This document shows positions 47,126-57,178 of a stretch of 64,000 nt of DNA, piece by piece. A program made the translations under genes and the position numbers. Below the pieces are notes generated by a model. That model had not been told where the DNA came from, searched no databases, and saw nothing but the letters and a program-made list of their open reading frames with translations. Numbering within the stretch: the first letter of the stretch is position 1; each line of letters opens with the position of its first letter. The stretch comes from Elusimicrobiota bacterium (GTDB lineage: Bacteria > Elusimicrobiota > Elusimicrobia > Elusimicrobiales > UBA9959): positions 102,710 to 166,709 of the forward strand of contig JAINCQ010000018.1 of NCBI GenBank assembly GCA_036574205.1. Direction: 5' to 3'.

Positions 47126-49210
47126 ATGAAAAAAAGCAATGTTTTATTTGAGCTTACCGTTGAAAATATACCAGCAAGGTTTGTTATTTCCGCAAAGAAA
47201 CAGTTAAAAGAAAATATTTTTAAATTATTGAAAGATTGGCGCCTTGAATTTGGGGAAATAAATGTATATGCGACATATAGAAGACTTGTGGTTTTTATAA
47301 AAGATGTAGCAAGAGAAACGCCAAAGATTATAGAAAAGGTTTATGGTCCACCAGCAAAGATTCTGAAAGATGGTAATGGAAATTATACTGCCGCCGCTAT
47401 AGGGTTTGCTAATAAAGTTGGGGTAAAAACTGAGGAATTGAAAGTGGAAAATGTTGATAAAAAGGGAGAGGTTATATGCGCTTATAAGACAATCCCTTCA
47501 AAAGACGCTATAAAGATTTTATCTTCTGTTTTCTCAGAAGCTGTAAAAATGCTTGATTTTCCGAAAAATATGATCTGGGAAGATACAAAGTTTGTCTTTG
47601 CAAGACCCATTAGAAATATAGTAGCGCTTTATGGCTCAAAAACTATTCCTGTTGACATTGCCGGGGTTAAGAGCTCAAGATCCACATACGCAGCTTATTT
47701 TTACGGATTTAAGAAAATCCATATTAAGCATGCAGATGAGTATATGAAATTACTTGAGAAAAACTATTTAATAATCAATGACACTAAAAGAAAGGAAACA
47801 ATATTGAAAATTATAGATGGTGTTGAAACCGCAATGAAAGCAACGATAAAAAAAGATGAAGATCTTATAGATGAAAATCTTTATCTATGTGAATATCCAA
47901 GCGGAGTTGTTGTAAAATTTCCTTCAGAATTTCTTAAACTTCCGAAAGAGTTGCTTGTGCTTGTTATGAAAAAACAGCTTAAGTTTTTTTCATGCGAGGA
48001 TAAAAAAGGCAATATTCTTCCATTTTTTCTTGGGATAAGAGATGGAATTTCAAGAGGACATAGAAATGTGGAGGAAGGATATTTGAATGTTTTTAAAGCA
48101 AGATGCGCTGATGCAGTTTTTTTCTATGAAACTGATTTGAAGAGTGATTTAAGAGTTTTTGAAGAAAAATTAAAAAATCTTATGTTTCAGAAAGAGCTTG
48201 GGACGATGTATGAAAAAGGAGAAAGGGTTAAAAAAGTCGTTGGTTATTTAATGAATAAACTTAATCTGAATAAAAGAGAGCTTCTTGAATCAGCCTCTTA
48301 TATATATTATGATCTTGTTTCAAATGTTGTTGGAGAATTTACGGAACTTGAAGGAATAATGAACTATTATTATGCGCCAAAATATGGCATAAAAGATGAG
48401 GAGATTAGAAGGGCGATTAGCGAAATTTATATGCCTACAGGATTTGAAACCCCAATTCCAGAAAATATATATGGGAGTGTCCTTGCTATCTCACATAAAA
48501 TAGATACACTTGTAGGAAATTTTATCCTTGGAATTATTCCTGTATCCGGTAACGATCCTTATGCTCTAAGAAGAACTGCAAACGGAATATTCAGGATAAT
48601 AAATGAAAACAATATCTCGCTTAATCTGCATAATTTAATTGAGTTTTCATATAATACATATGGCGATGAAATAAAAAAGAAGAAAAAATTAGAGACACTT
48701 AAAGCTGAACTGCTTGAGTTTATATATCAACGAATTGAAAATTTTTGTCTCTCAAAACAAATAACGCAGGATGTCATAAATTCTGTTAAAAATGTTTTTA
48801 TATCCGAAGGTGATATAATTAAATCTTTAAAAAGAATAGAGATCCTTTCTACAATGAAAAGCAAAGGTGAATTTGAGGTAATAGCATTGCTTTATAAGAG
48901 ATTGAAAAATATAATAAAAGATTTTAAAGGTGAGGATCTGGATATTTCACTTTTTGAAAAAGAAGAAGAAAAAAGAATTTATGAGATTTCTCAGAAACTT
49001 AAGCCACTAATTAAAGATTTATGCAATAAAGGCGAATACCTTAATGCGATAGGCGAGTTGATGAAAATATCATCTGAACTTGAAGATTTCTTTAAGAATG
49101 TTATGGTAATGAGTGAAAATGAGAAAATCAAAGAAAATAGATTATCCCTTCTTAAAAAAATATATAATTTGTTTTTAGATGTAGCCGATATAAGTCAGAT
49201 AGTATATTAA
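47126..49210 (+). CDS. glyS: Glycine--tRNA ligase beta subunit
   Basis: ENIPA, FARPIR, EFTELEG, DPYALRR, ENRL.LL. Confidence 0.95.
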   Translation: MKKSNVLFELTVENIPARFVISAKKQLKENIFKLLKDWRLEFGEINVYATYRRLVVFIKDVARETPKIIEKVYGPPAKILKDGNGNYTAAAIGFANKVGVKTEELKVENVDKKGEVICAYKTIPSKDAIKILSSVFSEAVKMLDFPKNMIWEDTKFVFARPIRNIVALYGSKTIPVDIAGVKSSRSTYAAYFYGFKKIHIKHADEYMKLLEKNYLIINDTKRKETILKIIDGVETAMKATIKKDEDLIDENLYLCEYPSGVVVKFPSEFLKLPKELLVLVMKKQLKFFSCEDKKGNILPFFLGIRDGISRGHRNVEEGYLNVFKARCADAVFFYETDLKSDLRVFEEKLKNLMFQKELGTMYEKGERVKKVVGYLMNKLNLNKRELLESASYIYYDLVSNVVGEFTELEGIMNYYYAPKYGIKDEEIRRAISEIYMPTGFETPIPENIYGSVLAISHKIDTLVGNFILGIIPVSGNDPYALRRTANGIFRIINENNISLNLHNLIEFSYNTYGDEIKKKKKLETLKAELLEFIYQRIENFCLSKQITQDVINSVKNVFISEGDIIKSLKRIEILSTMKSKGEFEVIALLYKRLKNIIKDFKGEDLDISLFEKEEEKRIYEISQKLKPLIKDLCNKGEYLNAIGELMKISSELEDFFKNVMVMSENEKIKENRLSLLKKIYNLFLDVADISQIVY

Positions 49211-49230
49211 AAAGCGGTAAGGGAGGTAGT

Positions 49231-49539
49231 ATGAAAAAGGGAAGGATTATAGGTGGAGTTATAACAAGCGCTATTGCAGGATGCGCCATTTATTTTCTGA
49301 CAAGCAAAAAGACGCAGAAATACAGAGATGAACTTTTTGTTAGGGTTAATGAGATGAAGGCTGATATTATTAAAAAGTTGGGAGATATGAAAGAAATTAC
49401 CCAGGAGGAATACAATAAAATTGTGGATGAGGTTTCAAAAAAATATAAAAGACTTTCAAAAGTCAGTGAAAGAGAATTTTCAAATATAATTGAGGATTTA
49501 AAACAGGCCTGGAAACATATAAAAAAGGCAGCAAAATAA
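49231..49539 (+). CDS. Small hypothetical protein (YtxH-like)
   Basis: GGGAGGT SD; Gly/Ala-rich hydrophobic N-terminus then a charged helical region. Confidence 0.6.
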   Translation: MKKGRIIGGVITSAIAGCAIYFLTSKKTQKYRDELFVRVNEMKADIIKKLGDMKEITQEEYNKIVDEVSKKYKRLSKVSEREFSNIIEDLKQAWKHIKKAAK

Positions 49540-49613
49540 AAATTGCAGACTAAAATTAGAGTTTTTGTACAGACTTTTTTAGATATTATAAAGAAAATGG
49601 GATGTTATAAAGA

Positions 49614-50951
49614 TTAAAAAGGATAATTTATTTTGATTATCGTATTAAATCCTTCAGATCCAAAGGCAAAATCAGCTGTTCCAACTATCTGAGGCCTTAA
49701 AACTATTCTAAGAGCAACCCCGGGTCCATATTTAAAATTGGCAGTTGAAAGTTTTGAAAGCTTTTTTCCCACAGTAGCTATATCCAGAAACGGAGTTACT
49801 TCAAACTCGGTTAAAAATTTCATTACAGGAGCTTTAATTACTGTAAATCTTTGTTCTATATTAAATAAAAATTTTGCCCTATCGACAAATCTTCCATCCC
49901 CTGCCATTCTAAGTCCTGTTGACTCTCCAGCCTGTGGCATAGCATAAAATGGTATATCCTCACCAGTTTGCCATTGAATCTGAGTTCTTATTGCGGTGAT
50001 AGATCTATCCAATAGTTTATAATTATAGTAGTCTTTTAACTCGATAGTATATAAAGAGTAATTATAATCAGAACCAAAGCTTTTTTTTGAAAAAGTCATT
50101 GAAAAAATTATATAGCTTCCTATCTTTGGTATAAAGGGATGATCAGTATTGTCAAAAAGCAAAGAAAATTTATTTGTGAAAAAATTTTTTTCTTTTGAAT
50201 ATTTTAAGTATTCATCAGGATACCTATTTTCAAATTCATTATTTCCAACTATTCCATTATCTATTTTATTTTTATAATATGATGGGGTATAATCAAAGTA
50301 AATATAATTTAATATTGGAAGTGTCAGACTTAATTCCCCTCCTGTAAGATAAAAAGTATAATTTGCCCTTTCGTCCTTTAATGAATTTGGTCCATATCCA
50401 TAAAAAGAAGATTTTGGGTTTTGCCATATTCTGTATTCAATATTAAGCCTTGTTTTCGTTCTTAGAAATTCTGGATCATAATAATGAATGAAAAATTCTT
50501 TTTGTGCTTTCTGGGAAATAGATGCTCGTAATACAAAAAGTGATTTTTCTGTTGGAAATAAATAATGTCTATATGTGGATGTATATCCTAAGTATTCATT
50601 GTGATTTAGCGAAGGAGCTATGACTGATGATATCTCCCCATCTTTTTTTTTGTCTCTCATAGCAAATACTGGCATAATTCCATAATTTATCCCAAGATCT
50701 TTGCTTGAATCTGCTATGGGCAGGATTATAAGAGGATTACCTTTTATATCAAAAACGAGATTATTGGCTATCCTGTTTAATATATCTGATTTTTCACTAC
50801 GTGTAGATTCCACAATATCTATAATCTCATTTTTATTCTTTTCTTTCAAAAAAATTTTTTTGTCTTTTTCTTTTGTTAATACTAGTCTATCATCTGCACA
50901 TAAATAAGAAAATGTAAAAATGAAACAAAAAAAAACAATTAATTTATTCAT
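49614..50951 (-). CDS. Omp85/BamA-TamA-family outer-membrane beta-barrel (likely ATG at 50951)
   Basis: Signal peptide MNKLIVFFCFIFTFSYLCA; PFY..LR..GRFVD loop-6-like motif; C-terminal INYPF. Confidence 0.75.
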   Translation of the reverse strand: MNKLIVFFCFIFTFSYLCADDRLVLTKEKDKKIFLKEKNKNEIIDIVESTRSEKSDILNRIANNLVFDIKGNPLIILPIADSSKDLGINYGIMPVFAMRDKKKDGEISSVIAPSLNHNEYLGYTSTYRHYLFPTEKSLFVLRASISQKAQKEFFIHYYDPEFLRTKTRLNIEYRIWQNPKSSFYGYGPNSLKDERANYTFYLTGGELSLTLPILNYIYFDYTPSYYKNKIDNGIVGNNEFENRYPDEYLKYSKEKNFFTNKFSLLFDNTDHPFIPKIGSYIIFSMTFSKKSFGSDYNYSLYTIELKDYYNYKLLDRSITAIRTQIQWQTGEDIPFYAMPQAGESTGLRMAGDGRFVDRAKFLFNIEQRFTVIKAPVMKFLTEFEVTPFLDIATVGKKLSKLSTANFKYGPGVALRIVLRPQIVGTADFAFGSEGFNTIIKINYPF

Positions 50952-52560
50952 AATATAAAATTTTTCTAACAATAGGTATTTTTCTTCCACTTCCAAAAGC
51001 TTTTTTAGATACTTTAATAGAAATTGGAATCTGTTTTCTCTTATACTCATTAAGTTCTATCCTGTAGATTATATCTTTGATGTTGATCTTATTTTTCAAA
51101 ATTTTTTGTATTTTATCCAATGAAAGTTCTTCTTCTATATAAAGCTTTATTATTTTATCTAAAATTTTATATGGTGGGAGATCATCCTGATCTAACTGAT
51201 TTGGTTTTAACTCAGCTGTGGGAGGCCTTTTTATTATTGAGTCTGGAATAATTTCTTTGTCTTTATTAATTTCTTCAGCAACTTCATAAACCTGAGTCTT
51301 TAAAACATCACCTATTGGGGCTATTGCTCCACAACTATCTCCATAAAGAGTAAAATATCCCATTGCTATTTCTGATTTATTGCTGGTAGCAATAACTATT
51401 CCCCCTTCCTTATTGGAATAGCTCATAAGTATATCCCCTCGTATCCTTGACTGAATGTTTTGTAGGGTTATATCAATTTCTTGATTGGTAAGGGAAAGTT
51501 CTTTTAAGTATTGCCTATAAATATTTTTGATCGGTATTATTTTATATCTTATTCCAAGTTTTTTTGAAAGTTTTATCGCATCTTCTATTGACTGTTTTGA
51601 TGTAAATTCAGAAGGCATTAATATCCCTAAAACATTTTCATTTCCAATAGCCTCTACACATAAAGAAGCAACAACTGCAGAATCTATTCCCCCACTTAAT
51701 CCTATTATTGCAGATTTAAGGTTTTGTTTTTTAAAGAAATCTTTTATTCCAACTACTATTGCTTGCTTTAAAAAAGATATATTCTCAGTATACTTTCTCT
51801 CAAGGAATCTTGAAAGATCCACGGTATTTATCTGCTCGGTAAAGGGTTGTAATTGAAATATTTTCCCTTTTTTTGAAATAAGCATTGAGGAACCGTCAAA
51901 GACAAGATCGTCGTTTGCACCAACCAAATTTACATACGCTATATCAGCTTTTTTGTCTTTAGCCAGTTCACAAAGGATTTTTTCTCTGAGAGTTATTTTT
52001 CCAAAATAATATGGCGAAGCTGAAAGATTTATTATTATATCAGGAGAATATTTGCTCATGGTATCTTTTGAATAAAGATTTTTATCTGGAAGAAGATCAG
52101 TTTTTCCCCATATATCCTCGCAAATAGTTATAAGTATTTTTTTATTTTTAAATTTTATTATTTTATTTTGGGTTCCCTCGCTAAAATATCTTTTTTCATC
52201 AAATACATCATAAGTAGGCAAAAGATTTTTTTTTAATATTTGTTGAATTTTACCTCCATAAATAAAGGCGGCTGAATTAAAAAGTTTTTTTCCGTAACCA
52301 TGGTTGAAATCAACAAAACCTATTACAGCCGCTGCTTTATTTGTTGTTGCGGCAAAGGATTTAAGCGCTTTTATGTTTTTTTCTATAAAATGCTTATTTT
52401 CTAATAAATCAAGTGGTGGATAGCCTGTGGTAAATAGTTCTGGGTATATTATTATATCTGAATTTTCGCTTTCAGCTTTTTTATATGCTTCTATCGCTTT
52501 AGATATATTAGAATCTATATCTCCAACCCTTGTATTTAGTTGTGCAAATGTTATTTTCAT
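50944..52560 (-). CDS. nadE: Glutamine-dependent NAD+ synthetase
   Basis: Nitrilase domain (YPEL..GYPP, K.LLPTY, ICED) plus GLSGGIDS, NKSE, YFTLYGD, PTAEL. Confidence 0.96.
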   Translation of the reverse strand: MKITFAQLNTRVGDIDSNISKAIEAYKKAESENSDIIIYPELFTTGYPPLDLLENKHFIEKNIKALKSFAATTNKAAAVIGFVDFNHGYGKKLFNSAAFIYGGKIQQILKKNLLPTYDVFDEKRYFSEGTQNKIIKFKNKKILITICEDIWGKTDLLPDKNLYSKDTMSKYSPDIIINLSASPYYFGKITLREKILCELAKDKKADIAYVNLVGANDDLVFDGSSMLISKKGKIFQLQPFTEQINTVDLSRFLERKYTENISFLKQAIVVGIKDFFKKQNLKSAIIGLSGGIDSAVVASLCVEAIGNENVLGILMPSEFTSKQSIEDAIKLSKKLGIRYKIIPIKNIYRQYLKELSLTNQEIDITLQNIQSRIRGDILMSYSNKEGGIVIATSNKSEIAMGYFTLYGDSCGAIAPIGDVLKTQVYEVAEEINKDKEIIPDSIIKRPPTAELKPNQLDQDDLPPYKILDKIIKLYIEEELSLDKIQKILKNKINIKDIIYRIELNEYKRKQIPISIKVSKKAFGSGRKIPIVRKILYYE

Positions 52561-52689
52561 ATATTAAATTATAGCAAATAGCAAAACTAATAAAAAAAGT
52601 CTTTGTTTTTTGTCAAAAATTTGATATACTGGTATTATAATCCCTTTTTATAAGGGATATTTCTGTTTAATTTAAATGGAGGAGTTAAA

Positions 52690-53559
52690 ATGTTTAATGT
52701 GACAATGAAATCTATGTTAGAAGCAGGTGTCCATTTTGGTCATCAAACGTATAAATGGAATCCTAGAATGGCAAGATATATATATGGAGAGAGAAATGGA
52801 ATACATATTCTTGATCTTCAAAAAACCCTTAAAGAGTTTAAAAAAGCCTATGATTTTATGGTAGAGAGCTCAAAAGCTGGCAAGAGTTTTTTATTTGTGG
52901 GTACCAAAAAACAGGCTAAAGAAATAATAAAAGGCGAAGCTGAAAGAGCCGGAGTTTTTTGTGTTTATGAAAAATGGCTTGGTGGAATGTTGACAAATTT
53001 TGACACTATAAAAATATCCATAAGAAGACTTGAAGAGCTTGAAAACATGGAGAGCAAAGGATATTTTAAGGTTATGTCGAAGAAAGAGGTATCAAGGCTT
53101 ACAAAGGAAAAAAATAGATTGACAAAACTTTTATCTGGAATAAGAAATATGAAGGTTATCCCGGATATTATGTTTGTAATAGATCCTGTAGAAGAACATA
53201 ATGCTGTAAGAGAGGCTAAGAAGCTTGGGATAACTGTCGTGGCAGTATGTGATACAAATGCCGATCCGGACGCTGTTGATATGGTTATTCCTGGAAATGA
53301 TGATGCTGCAAGGTCAATAAGACTTTTTTGTGTCTCAATGGCAGATGCTGTACTGGAAGGTAAACAAAATTCTAATGGGGAAGGACAGACGGTTGAAGAA
53401 ACAAACATAGTAGAAGATTTATCCAATGATGTTGAAAATACGGAAGAATATAACGAAAAAAAGGAAGTGGAGGATGGACTTGAAAGCGAATCCAATAGCG
53501 ATGATATCCCGATGGATGGCTATGATGAGGAAAAAAAAGTAGATGAAAAAGTTGAATAA
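52690..53559 (+). CDS. rpsB: 30S ribosomal protein S2
   Basis: [37 protein letters not shown]. Confidence 0.98.
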   Translation: MFNVTMKSMLEAGVHFGHQTYKWNPRMARYIYGERNGIHILDLQKTLKEFKKAYDFMVESSKAGKSFLFVGTKKQAKEIIKGEAERAGVFCVYEKWLGGMLTNFDTIKISIRRLEELENMESKGYFKVMSKKEVSRLTKEKNRLTKLLSGIRNMKVIPDIMFVIDPVEEHNAVREAKKLGITVVAVCDTNADPDAVDMVIPGNDDAARSIRLFCVSMADAVLEGKQNSNGEGQTVEETNIVEDLSNDVENTEEYNEKKEVEDGLESESNSDDIPMDGYDEEKKVDEKVE

Positions 53560-53585
53560 ATTTTTAGGTTTATAAGGAGACTCAT

Positions 53586-54434
53586 ATGGCAAATACAATA
53601 TCAAACGAAGATATAATGAATCTAAGGAACCAGACTGGAGCTGGTATTATGGATTGTAAAAATGCTCTAAAAGAAGCTGATGGAGATATCTCAAAGGCTG
53701 TTGAGATATTAAGGAAAAAAGGTTTAAGTGGACTTGCAAAAAGATCAGGAAGGGCAATGAAAGAGGGTATTATTGTATTGAAAAATAATAATTCTAATTA
53801 TGTGATGGTTGAGGTTGATTGTGAAACAGATTTTGTGGCAAGAAATGATGAGTTTAAATCTGTCGTAAATTCTTTTGCGGATGAGATGCTTTCCCGCAAT
53901 GATTTTAATCCAGCCCAGGACGAAGCTTCTAAAGAAAAATTGAAAAACATAGCTATGAAGATAGGCGAAAATATGCAGATAAGAAGAGCTGTTAGATATT
54001 CCTTAAAGCCCCAGACTGTAATAGGTTCATATCTTCATAGTGATTTGAAAAAAGCTGCTATGGTCAGCCTTTCTTATAACCCTCAAATATCGGATATTTC
54101 AAAGATAGAAACGCTTGCCAAAAACCTGGCTATGCAGGCTGTTGCTATGGGTGCCAAGTGGATAAAAAAAGAGGATGTTCCACAAGAAGTTATTGAAAAG
54201 GAGAAAGAGATATATAAGTCTACCCCTCAGGCTCAGGGCAAAAGCGAAATAGCAATTTCTAAAATGCTTGAGGGTAGAATAAAGAAATTTTATCAGGAAA
54301 TGTGTCTTATTGAACAGGCTTATATAAGAGACACAAAGCTGCTTGTGTCAGATTACATAAAATCGATTGAAAAAGAAACTGGAGTTTCAATAAATATTGA
54401 GAGGTTTGATACATTTATAGTTGGAGTTGAATAG
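53586..54434 (+). CDS. tsf: Elongation factor Ts
   Basis: LRNQTGAGIMDCK, CETDFVA, IGENM. Confidence 0.97.
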   Translation: MANTISNEDIMNLRNQTGAGIMDCKNALKEADGDISKAVEILRKKGLSGLAKRSGRAMKEGIIVLKNNNSNYVMVEVDCETDFVARNDEFKSVVNSFADEMLSRNDFNPAQDEASKEKLKNIAMKIGENMQIRRAVRYSLKPQTVIGSYLHSDLKKAAMVSLSYNPQISDISKIETLAKNLAMQAVAMGAKWIKKEDVPQEVIEKEKEIYKSTPQAQGKSEIAISKMLEGRIKKFYQEMCLIEQAYIRDTKLLVSDYIKSIEKETGVSINIERFDTFIVGVE

Positions 54435-54454
54435 GGAGAATGAAATATGATTTT

Positions 54455-54489
54455 AAAGCCACTTTCCATTTAAGGAAGGTGGCTTTTTT
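54455..54489 (+). terminator. Intrinsic terminator after tsf
   Basis: AAAGCCACTTTCC-ATTTAA-GGAAGGTGGCTTTTTT. Confidence 0.85.
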
Positions 54490-54518
54490 ATTTTATATGA
54501 TTTTATCAGGAGGATAGA

Positions 54519-55226
54519 ATGAAAAGGGTTTTAATAAAACTTTCAGGCGAAGCTCTTGCTTTGTTTGAAAAAAAACCTGATGATGTTATATCCCCTTCCG
54601 CTCTTTCTTTTATCTCCAGAGAGATTAAGAAAGCTTATCTAAAAAAAATACAGATAGCAATAGTAATAGGCGGTGGAAATATATGGAGAGGTGCAAAGAA
54701 AGATCATAATGGGATAGATAGGGTTACATCAGATAATATGGGAATGCTTGCCACAGTAATAAATGCTATGGCGCTTCAATCAGCGCTTGAAAATGTGGGG
54801 GTTGTTACCAGGGTTCAAACTGCAATAGCAATCTCTCAAATTGCAGAGCCATTTATAAGAAGAAGAGCCATAAGACATCTTGAAAAAGGCAGGGTTGTAA
54901 TATTTGCTGGAGGAACTGGAAATCCTTATTTTACTACTGATACCGCAGCTGCGTTAAGAGCGGCTGAAATAGATGCTGATATAATATTAAAAGCAACTCA
55001 GGTTGATGGAGTTTATGATGATGATCCTAAAAAAAATTATAAAGCTAAAATGATATTGGAAATAAGCTATATGGATGCTTTAAAAAAAGGACTTAAGTTT
55101 ATGGATCCTTCTGCTTTAACTCTTTGTCTTGAAAATAAAATACCAATAAGAGTCTTTAATCTACATAAAAAAGATAATATCTATAAGGCGATAATAGGCG
55201 AAAAAATCGGGACTTTGATAAAGTAA
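54519..55226 (+). CDS. pyrH: UMP kinase
   Basis: KLSGEAL, GGGNIWRG, GTGNPYFTTD. Confidence 0.97.
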   Translation: MKRVLIKLSGEALALFEKKPDDVISPSALSFISREIKKAYLKKIQIAIVIGGGNIWRGAKKDHNGIDRVTSDNMGMLATVINAMALQSALENVGVVTRVQTAIAISQIAEPFIRRRAIRHLEKGRVVIFAGGTGNPYFTTDTAAALRAAEIDADIILKATQVDGVYDDDPKKNYKAKMILEISYMDALKKGLKFMDPSALTLCLENKIPIRVFNLHKKDNIYKAIIGEKIGTLIK

Positions 55227-55290
55227 GGGTCAGTTGTATTAATGAATAAGCAAGCGAAAGAGAGAGAAATGTTAAAATAGAGGTAATTAT

Positions 55291-55851
55291 ATGAAAGACA
55301 TATTTGAAAAAACTATAAGAGAACATGCCGAGATATTAAAGAGTTTTGAACTTAAAAAAGACATAGTGCTAAAAATATCTAAGTGTCTTATAAATTGTCT
55401 AAAAAAAGGTCATAAGATCCTGCTTTGCGGGAACGGCGGCAGCGCTGCTGATGCTCAGCATATGGCAGCTGAAATAGTTGGAAGATTCCTTAAAGATAGA
55501 AAGGGATATCCTGCTATAGCTCTTACAACCGATACCTCCATAATTACATCAGTTTCAAATGATTATTCTTTTGAAAAAATTTTTGAAAGACAAATTGAAG
55601 CGCTTGCATGTAAGGGAGATGTTCTAATTGGGTTTTCAACATCCGGTTCAAGTATAAATATAGTTAAAGCCTTTGAAAAAGCAAGAGATATGGGAGTTAA
55701 AACAATTGGTATTTTAGGTAAGCCGGGAAAAATTTATTATCTTTCTGATATTACTTTCACAATTAATGGTTCTACCGCAAGGGTTCAAGAAATTCACTCC
55801 ATATTAATTCACATCCTTTGTGAGCTTATAGAAGAAAATCTATTAAAATAA
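55291..55851 (+). CDS. gmhA: Sedoheptulose 7-phosphate isomerase
   Basis: CGNGGSAADAQH, NDY, STSG.S, RVQEIH. Confidence 0.95.
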   Translation: MKDIFEKTIREHAEILKSFELKKDIVLKISKCLINCLKKGHKILLCGNGGSAADAQHMAAEIVGRFLKDRKGYPAIALTTDTSIITSVSNDYSFEKIFERQIEALACKGDVLIGFSTSGSSINIVKAFEKARDMGVKTIGILGKPGKIYYLSDITFTINGSTARVQEIHSILIHILCELIEENLLK

Positions 55852-55910
55852 GGATAAAGAAAAAAAGATATTTTTGTATAATATATTTGTTTAGCGTATG
55901 AGGAGGTTTT

Positions 55911-56471
55911 ATGCCTATTTCCGATTTGATAAATGCGTGTGAAAAAGAGATGTCTTCCAAAATAGAAAAGCTTAAATTAGAATTTAATTCACTTAGAACT
56001 GGAAGGGCAAATCCTCAACTGCTTGATTCCGTTTATATAGAATATTATGGTTCTAGAGTTCCTCTAAAACAAATAGCTGCCATAAGCGCTCCAGATGCAA
56101 GAACCCTTGAAATAAAGCCATGGGATAAAACTGCGATAGAAGTAATAGAGAACGAGCTTAAAAAGGTTGATCTTGGCAGTATTCCTCAAAGGCAGGGGGA
56201 TTTGATACGGGTTAATCTACCCTCAATGAACGAAGAACAAAGAAAGAAACTTGTAAAAGTTGTTTCTCAAATATCAGAGGATATAAGGGTTGAGATAAGA
56301 AATATAAGAAGGGATTTTATAGAAAAAATAAAAAAGGCTCAAAAAAATTCCGAGATATCTGAAGATGATTCTAAAAGGCATGAGGCTCAGATACAGAAGA
56401 TAACAGATAAATATATAGAGAATGTCAATCAAATTTCTCAAACCAAGGAGAAAGAACTTTTGAGTATTTAA
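55911..56471 (+). CDS. frr: Ribosome recycling factor
   Basis: LRTGRANP, YYG, IRNIRRD. Confidence 0.96.
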   Translation: MPISDLINACEKEMSSKIEKLKLEFNSLRTGRANPQLLDSVYIEYYGSRVPLKQIAAISAPDARTLEIKPWDKTAIEVIENELKKVDLGSIPQRQGDLIRVNLPSMNEEQRKKLVKVVSQISEDIRVEIRNIRRDFIEKIKKAQKNSEISEDDSKRHEAQIQKITDKYIENVNQISQTKEKELLSI

Positions 56472-57178
56472 TGATAGAACTTCTAAAGAAAATTCCTGAA
56501 AATAGATTCCCACATCATATTGCCATTATAATGGATGGCAATAGACGTTGGGCAAGGTTAAGAGGATTTCCCTCCATTTATGGACACAGGGAAGGGGTTA
56601 AAACAGTAAAAAAAATAGTCAAGGCAGCCAAAACTGCTGGTGTTAAGTATTTAACTTTATATGTATTTTCAACTGAGAACTGGAAAAGAAGCGCTAAGGA
56701 AATTGGGGCATTGCTTTCACTCTTAAAAAAAACTATATCTGAGTACAGGGAGAAACTTAAAGAAAATAATATTTCTTTAAAGATAAGCGGAGATATCTCT
56801 TCTTTCCCCCCTGATATTAGGGATAATCTGAAAAAATCTATAAATTTTCTTTCTGATTGCAACGGTATGATTTTAAATTTAGCATTAAACTATGGTGGGC
56901 GAAGCGAAATAGTTTATGCTGTAAATAGATGTATAGAGGATGGAATTAAAAAAATAAAAGAAGAAGATATATCAAAAAGACTTTATACATTCCCCCTTCC
57001 GGATCCTGATCTTATGATAAGGACATCAGGTGAAGCAAGGATCTCAAATTTTCTTTTGTGGCAATTAGCTTATTCAGAATTATATATATCTGAAAAGTTA
57101 TGGCCGGATTTTTCAGAGGAAGATTTTTATAATGCTATAATTTCTTATTCTAATAGAGAAAGGAGAATGGGAAGATGA
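56471..57178 (+). CDS. uppS: Undecaprenyl diphosphate synthase
   Basis: HIAIIMDGNRRWA, FSTENW, RTSGE.RISNFLLWQ. Confidence 0.97.
   Translation: MIELLKKIPENRFPHHIAIIMDGNRRWARLRGFPSIYGHREGVKTVKKIVKAAKTAGVKYLTLYVFSTENWKRSAKEIGALLSLLKKTISEYREKLKENNISLKISGDISSFPPDIRDNLKKSINFLSDCNGMILNLALNYGGRSEIVYAVNRCIEDGIKKIKEEDISKRLYTFPLPDPDLMIRTSGEARISNFLLWQLAYSELYISEKLWPDFSEEDFYNAIISYSNRERRMGR

Noticed and set aside
50952..51050. Extended N-terminus of the Omp85 ORF in the track
   Set aside because: Overlaps nadE; the ATG at 50951 gives a proper signal peptide
52640..52658. ATCCCTT-TTTAT-AAGGGAT hairpin as the S2 autoregulatory leader
   Set aside because: Position fits, but one short hairpin is not enough to assign the family without a covariance search
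52965..53495. 176-aa ORF antisense to rpsB, and the many other 60-140 aa antisense ORFs in the track
   Set aside because: Fully nested opposite well-supported genes, with low-complexity Phe/Ser/Ile composition typical of shadow frames
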